Assembly: GCA_902562835.1 (NCBI GenBank)
Contig: CACEUX010000001.1
Coordinates: forward strand, 10,568-74,567
From: an uncultured Fidelibacterota bacterium
GTDB lineage: Bacteria; Fidelibacterota; Marinisomatia; Marinisomatales; UBA1611
Direction of reading: 5' to 3'
DNA: 64,000 nt
Shown here one piece after another: positions 58,001 to 64,000 of the stretch. Every line of letters begins with the position of its first letter. Positions within the stretch are counted from its first letter, which is position 1. A program made the translations under genes and the position numbers. The notes beneath the pieces are model-generated. The model was not told the DNA's origin and did not search any database. It saw only the letters and a program-made list of their open reading frames with translations.

Positions 58001-58176
58001 CCGATAGCTTTTTTAAGGAGGTGGCTTGTTTCACCCATGAAGATGTTGACAGGGTCCAGTTTCAAAAGCGTTCAAAAACTGAGTTTGTGGTTATTTTATA
58101 CCTGGAAAACGACAGCCTGGGCCTAGAGGCGCTTTTTTTCTTTGTTAAATTGTTTGATGGCCTGGTAGTAGATTAA
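55090..58176 (+). CDS. mfd: Transcription-repair coupling factor Mfd
   Basis: RGDIIDVFP, VHRRFGVG, CGDVGFGKTEVA, DEEHRFGV, TATPIPRTL, QIRGRVGR, DLEIRGAG. Confidence 0.93.
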   Translation: MVFPKQVLNNLSGGVRISGLTKPSVGLFLYEYLNSISNAVLVEMPSEDEAFALYSLCLDSELGCFVYFPTEAPLERVPGFGTDTLRFRKEAIIELSSGRPTCCIGTKSSFIDKCLENGLSKKIKRFAIHTGEEIDREALIDKLVTIGYKRTPIVLEAGTFTARGDIIDVFPMHFKTPFRLSFDYSVVGQISLFDPESQLPKKKQKKIIFEDLSVSQVVNNNNLMGVFPKAERLLVSKDDGIISIHKEGAAETENLQMGVVKPKQQTEELRVKEVLRSSARFAKRYYIGSGDKVGDVIQRSLGGFEFLEGKVQAGFFSTSLGLFVLSENDLYFTHTHKTRWDNARSQQYQDLNRGSVSKMVVGEHLVHRRFGVGIYRGVVSKKEDGREAVEIEYKNNTRVFVSLDQLSLVHKYIGSGKKPSLSQIGSKKWQREVVRTRKAVAEIAQELITLYSNKNADRGFSYTPENELDGEPSRSFSFVETVDQKRAIKEVLSDLDRKEPMDRLVCGDVGFGKTEVAIRAIFKVFLSDRVSIVLCPTTILADQHYITCQERLGSLGIKIALLSRFKSKKEQTQTIKKLRSGDIDVLIGTHRILSKDVEVPKLGLLIVDEEHRFGVKNKEQVRLIKERTDVLSLTATPIPRTLQQSLVGLKNISTIKTPPRSRRPIFTSVKYFNWSTIFTRIETELARQGQVYFLNNDIGSIPSVVDKIGTRFNNHVVAGASGKMPPRELEKTVLGFFNAEVDILVCTTIIESGLDVTNANTIIVKDAQNFGLAQLYQIRGRVGRGGRQASCLLLVPKKKLDKPAQERLRTLEKNTALGSGYNISMSDLEIRGAGSLFGHRQSGHISTIGFNMYCDLLSLEVEKSQGSNPKIKSPPIIKTNKNLEIPEDYIEDPSFRIDYYYRISCAKDLEELDKIEKEVLEIFGPLPKKTKELLGVARLRILFSPTPVDKIYSNNGKVEVFIDSLEGLESTDSFFKEVACFTHEDVDRVQFQKRSKTEFVVILYLENDSLGLEALFFFVKLFDGLVVD

Positions 58177-58189
58177 ATTAATTATCGTT

Positions 58190-58969
58190 TTGATATACTC
58201 TTTTCTTCTATTTTGCGCCCTGTTTATTTTTTCCTGTGGCGGCGGGCAAACCACAGAGGGTACGGTTATTGCGCGAGTTGATGATCGAAAATTAACATCG
58301 CAAAACATAGATTCTATTTTCTCTTTTTTTAGCCTTGATAACAACACCCTACCCGTTCTTATAGAGGCCTGGGTTGACAACACCGTTCTTTACGAAGCTG
58401 CTGTAGGTGCTGGCTTTAATAACGACAAATCTCTTATAAAAAAACGAGATGATTTTTACAGGGCCCTGGTCATTTCTTCTTTTTTAAGCAGCGAGTCCGA
58501 AAGAACCATTCAAATAACAAAGGAGGCTGTTCGATCTTACTACAAAGCTAACAAGAGTTCTTTTATTAGAAACGAAGAGGAGGTATCTGTCGATCACTAT
58601 ACCACGCTTATTAAGGAGGTTGGAAAAATATTAAGAAGGGAAGTTTCACAAGGTAAAAACCTTTCTCCAGACACATCAAACTTTACAAGAACTTTGGAAA
58701 GTATTAAGAAAGGGCGACTTGTTAAAGAATTAGAAACACCTCTTTTTTCATCCCGCGATCGCATCGTGGGGCCAATTAAGGCAGCGGACCGTTTTCATCT
58801 CTTTAAAATAATCAACCGTTATAAAAAGGGCTCACAAAAAACACTATCCCAGTCTTATGACGAAATATATCAAAGGCTTTATAAACAGAAAGCTTTTCAA
58901 GTTTCTGAGTTAATTTTAGATAGCCTTAAACAAGCTTTGAACATTTATATAAATCCGGAGTACCAATAA
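58190..58969 (+). CDS. PrsA/SurA-like peptidyl-prolyl isomerase-related lipoprotein
   Basis: Lipobox IFSC, VIARVDD, YYKANK, GPIKA...FHLFK; directly upstream of surA. Confidence 0.65.
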   Translation: MIYSFLLFCALFIFSCGGGQTTEGTVIARVDDRKLTSQNIDSIFSFFSLDNNTLPVLIEAWVDNTVLYEAAVGAGFNNDKSLIKKRDDFYRALVISSFLSSESERTIQITKEAVRSYYKANKSSFIRNEEEVSVDHYTTLIKEVGKILRREVSQGKNLSPDTSNFTRTLESIKKGRLVKELETPLFSSRDRIVGPIKAADRFHLFKIINRYKKGSQKTLSQSYDEIYQRLYKQKAFQVSELILDSLKQALNIYINPEYQ

Positions 58970-58971
58970 TT

Positions 58972-60246
58972 ATGCGGTTTTTAATACCAGCAGCAACCTT
59001 GTGTTTTCTTTTTTCACAACCACCACAATATATAGATGGGGTTGCTGCAATTGTAGAGGACCATATTGTTTTGAAAAGCGACCTGATGCAAATGGTGAAT
59101 ATGGCAGCAATACAAAACCGGATTGATCCACAAAAAAACCCTGAGGGCTTTGCCGCTTTACAACAGTCCGTTGTTGAGTCTATGATAAACCAAAAAATAA
59201 TGCTTGAAATGGCAGAAATAGACTCAATAACCGTTGATGAAAAGGAAGTAAACCAGGCGCTTGACCAGCAGATAGAGATGCTTGTTGCTCAAGCCGGGGG
59301 AGAAGAAAGGGCTGAAGAAGCGCTTGGCCAATCTTTAAATGATTTTAGGAGAGAGTTTTGGTATGATATGCAAGACAGGTTGGTATCTGAGAGATACCAG
59401 CAGGGGTTGATTGGCTCTATAACTGTAACCCGAAATGAAATCGAAGAGTTTTTTACAACATACAAAGACAGTCTTCCTGTTTTGCCAACACAAACCAAAT
59501 TGAGACACCTTCTTATTACTATTAGCCCAAGTGAAAAAGCCAAAGAAGAAGCTCTTTCTTTTCAAGATAGCTTAATGCAAAAAATTCTTTCTGGTACACC
59601 TTTTGAAACAATTGCAAAAGACCACTCTCAAGACCCTGGGTCAAGAAACAACGGAGGGTCTTTAGGGTGGTCAAAAAGGGGTTCTTTTGTCAAGGCTTTC
59701 GAAGAGGCTGCTTTTACATCTGAGATAAATAAACTAGTCGGACCCGTAGAGACAGATTTTGGATTTCACTTAATTGAAACACTTGAAAGAAAGGGTGATA
59801 AAATACGTGTTAGACATATATTAACAACACCCAAACTAACAAAGAACGATACTGAAAGGGCTTTTAACTTCGCAACATCATTACAAACTGACTCAATTAA
59901 GACGCTTGAAGACTTTAATATTGCGGTAGCAAATCATACAGCTGACGAATCAACTAAAAAAATTGGGGGAAGCCTTGGTTGGATAGACCCCCTCAATTAT
60001 ATTATTCCAGAAATAGGACAGGCTATAAAATATATAGACATAGGGTCTTGTAGTCCGCCAATAAACTCTTCTATGGGGTTTCACCTATTGTGGATTGAAG
60101 ATGTAAAAGTTGGTGGCAGACCAAACCTAAAGGACCATTGGTCAGAAATTGAAGGGATGGCTCTAAATAAGAAGAAAATGGACTGGTATGAGGGTTGGAT
60201 AACATCTGTTCGTAAGAATTTCTTTGTAGAAATTTTAGGGGGCTAA
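58972..60246 (+). CDS. surA: SurA-like periplasmic chaperone/PPIase (two parvulin domains)
   Basis: IDGVAAIV, RHLLI, SQDPGS...GGSLGW, PVETDFGFHLI, VRHIL. Confidence 0.85.
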   Translation: MRFLIPAATLCFLFSQPPQYIDGVAAIVEDHIVLKSDLMQMVNMAAIQNRIDPQKNPEGFAALQQSVVESMINQKIMLEMAEIDSITVDEKEVNQALDQQIEMLVAQAGGEERAEEALGQSLNDFRREFWYDMQDRLVSERYQQGLIGSITVTRNEIEEFFTTYKDSLPVLPTQTKLRHLLITISPSEKAKEEALSFQDSLMQKILSGTPFETIAKDHSQDPGSRNNGGSLGWSKRGSFVKAFEEAAFTSEINKLVGPVETDFGFHLIETLERKGDKIRVRHILTTPKLTKNDTERAFNFATSLQTDSIKTLEDFNIAVANHTADESTKKIGGSLGWIDPLNYIIPEIGQAIKYIDIGSCSPPINSSMGFHLLWIEDVKVGGRPNLKDHWSEIEGMALNKKKMDWYEGWITSVRKNFFVEILGG

Positions 60247-60677
60247 AAGTTTTCCCCATAGCCTTCTACCACCCCGGTTTTAAGATAAGCAAAACCAAAA
60301 GAATATTTTAATCTTAATATTTTCGCAGTTATCAACAAACATATATATTTATCCACATAAAGCAAAAGATTAGATGGTTTGTTTATTTGCAATAAAAAAA
60401 GAGTTTGGTCTTCTATTTTGTTGTTGTTTTAAACATATAAACAGGTTATATAATAAATACTATTTTAAATAAACTATATAATATATTATTACAGGTTAAT
60501 CGGTGATAAATAGAACCAGGGCCTTCTTGACATTGGTTCTCCTTGGTTTGGTGAACTTCAGAACCAATACGATATAACAATTGTAGAGGTTAAAAAAAGT
60601 AACCCTTTGGAATAAAAATTCAGATCTTTAACTTTACTGCTAACCAACTTCAAGAACTATAAAAAACGAGCCAAGTT
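60247..60677. other. Candidate oriC region (DnaA boxes and AT-rich tract)
   Basis: 430-bp non-coding gap; TTATCAACA 60329-60337, TTATCCACA 60349-60357; very AT-rich tract around 60430-60495. Confidence 0.5.
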
Positions 60678-61103
60678 ATGAGTGCTAAAAAAATAACACC
60701 AAAAGTAGAGCTTACCATACCTATTATACCTGATATGGAGCTTGCGGCAACCAAAACGTCAGAGGTTGTTGCTAAACATATGGGTTTAAGCGAGGAAAAA
60801 TCTGCAGAAATAAGCATGGCTCTTATTGAAGCGACAATTAATGCGTTTGAACATAGCGAAAGTAAGTCTGCAAACGTTGAAATTCACTTTGTAATCCAAG
60901 GTGACACTCTTGAAATAAAAGTAACAGACCATGGGAAGGGGTTCGATAAATCTCAGGTTGCTATACCAAACATAGAAGAAAAACTCGAATCAGACCATAA
61001 AAGAGGTTGGGGTCTTCAGCTAATCCAAGAACTAATGGACACTGTAGAATTTGCATCAACAGAAGATGGGACTACGGTAACAATGACAAAGAAGAAAATA
61101 TAA
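60678..61103 (+). CDS. RsbW-like anti-sigma factor / Ser kinase (HATPase_c_2)
   Basis: ALIEATINAFEH, VTDHGKGFD, RGWGLQLIQELMD, GTTVTM. Confidence 0.88.
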   Translation: MSAKKITPKVELTIPIIPDMELAATKTSEVVAKHMGLSEEKSAEISMALIEATINAFEHSESKSANVEIHFVIQGDTLEIKVTDHGKGFDKSQVAIPNIEEKLESDHKRGWGLQLIQELMDTVEFASTEDGTTVTMTKKKI

Positions 61104-61115
61104 ATAGGAAATAAA

Positions 61116-61460
61116 ATGTCAGATTTTAATACAGAAACAAGAACCGAGGGTGACATTGTAATAATTAAAACTTCAGGGTACTTAAATAACGTTGGTGGAG
61201 AACAGGTGTCTGAAGTTTGTTATAAAGAGATGGACGCGGGTAAAAAGCTCTTTCTATTAGACCTTGAAGATTCAAAGGTTGTTAATAGCATTGGGGTTTC
61301 AATTTTAATTGAAATAATAGAAAAACTACAAGACGTTGATGGTCGTCTAGGTTATTATAATCTTGCCCCAATTGTTGAAAAAACATTTAATATAATGGGC
61401 CTTACAAAATACTCAACAGTTTTTCAGTCAGAAGAAGAAGCCCTTGAGGGCATGTCCTAG
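61116..61460 (+). CDS. STAS-domain anti-sigma-factor antagonist (RsbV-like)
   Basis: GYLN, LDL...VVNSIGVSIL with the phosphoacceptor Ser, FNIMGL, SEEEAL. Confidence 0.88.
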   Translation: MSDFNTETRTEGDIVIIKTSGYLNNVGGEQVSEVCYKEMDAGKKLFLLDLEDSKVVNSIGVSILIEIIEKLQDVDGRLGYYNLAPIVEKTFNIMGLTKYSTVFQSEEEALEGMS

Positions 61461-61474
61461 GTTAATGTCAAACC

Positions 61475-63490
61475 TTGCATCAGGGCCAAACAGACCAGCT
61501 TGAGTATTACCTCTCGTCTCTTGATGAGTTAGGTGAGGTTTTAATTAATGCTGACCGAGCTCGGTCAGTCGGGTCAGGAATTTTAAGATTGACCCTTGGA
61601 ACAATCATGGCGTCGAAAGGCGCTATTTTTTTATATAACAACAATGAAAACAAACTATCCTTTTTATCTACAAAGGGTGTAGAAACAGAAGAACCAATTA
61701 CTCCATCAAAAGTTCTTTTAAGTTCTTTTAAGAAATATAAACATGACCATGCCCTTTTGGTTGGTGATGAAAAATGGATTACTGGTCGTTTTAAAAAATA
61801 TTCAACGAAGTTAAAGACAAAAGCTATCCTACCTCTTTACCACAAAGAAAACCTACTAGGTCTTCTCTGTGTAGGTGAAAAATTTATGGGAGAAACCTAT
61901 ACAAAAGTTGATCTGAAAATATTAGAGATTATTGCCAACCACCTAACAAAGGCTCTTTATAATTACCAATTAATTGATGATGTAGAAGAGAAAAAAACTG
62001 AATTAAACCTAAAGCTTCTTGAGCTTGAAACCCTTTTTGATATAAGCATCGCAATTAGCTCAGTTTTAGATGTGGACGAATTAGGAGAAGAGGTACTGTG
62101 GAGGTCTGTTGGAATCTTAAATGCTTCTAAGGGTTTAATGCTTATTCAGAAAGAGAGCAGCCCTATTCTTGAGCCTGGTGCAAATTTTAACTGGGGTGGG
62201 GATATGCCACTGCTTTCAAAAAAGCTTGCAACGTTTAAACAAATACAAGAAACAAACAAGGGGGTTATTTTCTCAAGCGACACTCAAAGCACAATCCAAA
62301 AGAAACTCAAAGAGAAAAACCTTATTCTTGCGCCGCTTAAGGCAAAAGAAAAAACGCAAGGCTATATGATGTTGTGCGACAAGGAAACAAGAAAGGGGGT
62401 TCAACCATTCACCGATATGGACCTTGATCTTTTAACGGCCCTTTGTAACCAGGCTGCTGTTGCAATGGATAACGCCAAGCTTTTTAGGGAAATAACAAAA
62501 GAGAAACAGTTTAATGAAAGTATCTTGGGAAGCATCGCGACGGGGGTTATAACACTAGACACCCTTGGTGAGATTGATTCAATTAATACAGCGGGGCTAA
62601 ACATTTTAAAAACAGATAAAGAAAAAGTAGTGGGAAATCACTACATGTATCTTTTTGAAAAAGATGAAGAAATATTAGAACTAATAATGCTTTCTGAAGC
62701 AGAAAACGAAACCAAATCTGAACAGAACATATCCCTGCGAACAGTCTCCGAAGATACGATTATAAATATTTCTGTCGCTCCACGCATAGACCCAGAGGGA
62801 AACAAGCAGGGGCTGGTTCTGGCAGTCGAAGATATTTCAGACGTTAGCAAAGTTAAAAACACATTTAAAAGATATGTTTCAAAACAGGTTGTCGATGAGT
62901 TGTTGGATGACGATGCAAAACTAAACCTGGGCGGCGAACAACGCGAGGTTACGATTCTATTTACAGATATAAGAGGTTTTACATCAATGTCTGAAAACAT
63001 GAAGCCAGAAAGAGTTGTAACAACGCTCAATGAATATTTTTCTGATATGATTGATATTGTTTTTAAAAACAACGGGACTCTTGATAAAATAATTGGAGAT
63101 GAGTTAATGGTGTTATATGGCGCGCCACTATCGGGAAGCGATGATACAAACAGGGCGGTTCAGACAGCAATTGAAATGCAGGAAAGAATTAAACAGCTAA
63201 ACCTTGAAAGAAAGAAAAGAAAAGAGCTCCCGATTTTGGTGGGGGCCGGTATTAATAATGGTTTAGTGGTTTCGGGCAATATAGGATCTCGGGACATGAT
63301 GGACTATACAGTAATTGGGGACACTGTAAATGTCGCATCAAGGTTATGTGCTGCTGCAGGACCAGGGGAAATACTTGTATCTAAAACGGTCTACGAGGAG
63401 GCAAGTGCAACATATTCCTTTTCAACTCTTGACCCCATAAGGGTTAAGGGCAAAGCGAAAAAGGTCCCAGTTTTTCTTGTAAAAGACTAA
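61475..63490 (+). CDS. GAF-GAF-PAS class III adenylate cyclase
   Basis: Two GAF-like domains, PAS (ILGSIATGVITLD), TILFTDIRGFT, DKIIGD, YTVIGDTVNVASR. Confidence 0.88.
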   Translation: MHQGQTDQLEYYLSSLDELGEVLINADRARSVGSGILRLTLGTIMASKGAIFLYNNNENKLSFLSTKGVETEEPITPSKVLLSSFKKYKHDHALLVGDEKWITGRFKKYSTKLKTKAILPLYHKENLLGLLCVGEKFMGETYTKVDLKILEIIANHLTKALYNYQLIDDVEEKKTELNLKLLELETLFDISIAISSVLDVDELGEEVLWRSVGILNASKGLMLIQKESSPILEPGANFNWGGDMPLLSKKLATFKQIQETNKGVIFSSDTQSTIQKKLKEKNLILAPLKAKEKTQGYMMLCDKETRKGVQPFTDMDLDLLTALCNQAAVAMDNAKLFREITKEKQFNESILGSIATGVITLDTLGEIDSINTAGLNILKTDKEKVVGNHYMYLFEKDEEILELIMLSEAENETKSEQNISLRTVSEDTIINISVAPRIDPEGNKQGLVLAVEDISDVSKVKNTFKRYVSKQVVDELLDDDAKLNLGGEQREVTILFTDIRGFTSMSENMKPERVVTTLNEYFSDMIDIVFKNNGTLDKIIGDELMVLYGAPLSGSDDTNRAVQTAIEMQERIKQLNLERKKRKELPILVGAGINNGLVVSGNIGSRDMMDYTVIGDTVNVASRLCAAAGPGEILVSKTVYEEASATYSFSTLDPIRVKGKAKKVPVFLVKD

Positions 63491-63634
63491 GGCATCCTTT
63501 CTAACAAACTATATTTTTAAATCAAAATAGGACTTAAAAACCTTTTTAATAAAAGTACCAATTTGGTATTTTTGATATGACCAGTAGCATAAAAAAAGTT
63601 AGCGTTGAAGACTGGTCTTATAGTTATTTCTTAC

Positions 63635-64000
63635 ATGAGATTTTCTACATCCAAAACCGAACTTCAGCAGGCCTTACAAAAGTTATCAAAGGCCTCCCCA
63701 ACAAGATCCACCCTACCGATACTTGGTTGTGTTTTAATTGAGTCAAAAGAGGAAAAGACAACACTAAGAGCAACTGACTTGGAACTAACCATTGAGGTTG
63801 AAATACCTTCTAGCCTTGAAGAAGGTGGCATTACAGCGCTTCCTTTAAAAACGCTCTTAGACATAACCAGTGAGTTGCCAGAGGCCAGGCTAACCATAAC
63901 CGTTGATGAAAAAAACAAGACAACCATTGAAACAGACCTTGGTAAATATGACCTAATGGCCAAGTCGCCAGAAGAGTTTCCGGCTACACCAAGTCAAAAA
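63635..64000 (+). CDS. dnaN: DNA polymerase III beta clamp, N-terminal part (runs off the window; not in the ORF track)
   Basis: Manual translation MRFSTSKTELQQALQKLSKASPTRSTLPILGCVLI...LRATDLE...EEFP. Confidence 0.93.
   Translation, partial: MRFSTSKTELQQALQKLSKASPTRSTLPILGCVLIESKEEKTTLRATDLELTIEVEIPSSLEEGGITALPLKTLLDITSELPEARLTITVDEKNKTTIETDLGKYDLMAKSPEEFPATPSQK

Noticed and set aside
975-63963. Numerous 60-170 aa ORFs nested in or antisense to the called genes
   Set aside because: Shadow ORFs of well-supported genes with no recognisable motifs; for example 63664-63963 is antisense to dnaN.
1-64000. CRISPR arrays, tRNA/rRNA genes, IS elements, prophage
   Set aside because: No regularly spaced repeats, cloverleaf/rRNA signatures, transposases or integrases were seen by eye; tRNAscan/Rfam were not run.

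Overview
AT-rich bacterial chromosomal segment spanning the replication-origin region: ssb, dnaA, DnaA boxes, rpmH-yidD-yidC-mnmE-mnmG-mfd-surA, two parS sites and the start of dnaN. Many MORN-type proteins, YPNPFN-type C-terminal domains and the overall gene content suggest an FCB-group organism such as Marinimicrobia (inference, not verified). Two loci stand out. (1) A self-contained six-gene operon (7.5-14.8 kb, minus strand), bounded by a sigma70-type promoter and a terminator. It encodes MotA/MotB-type stators, a FliG and a truncated FliF-like ring protein, plus two non-flagellar envelope proteins. No rod, hook, filament, FliM/N or export-gate gene lies in this window, so it is a candidate flagellum-independent rotary motor. 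(2) An operon (38.2-43.5 kb) with an HMG-CoA-reductase-like enzyme, an acyltransferase, a strongly eukaryote-like alkyl-DHAP synthase, an SDR and a lipid O-methyltransferase, a candidate bacterial ether-lipid pathway. Also present: a putP-like pseudogene remnant, no rnpA at its usual position, dnaA separated from dnaN, and an RsbW/RsbV module paired with an adenylate cyclase. No rRNA, tRNA, CRISPR array or mobile element was recognised. All calls come from motif recognition by eye; no searches were run.
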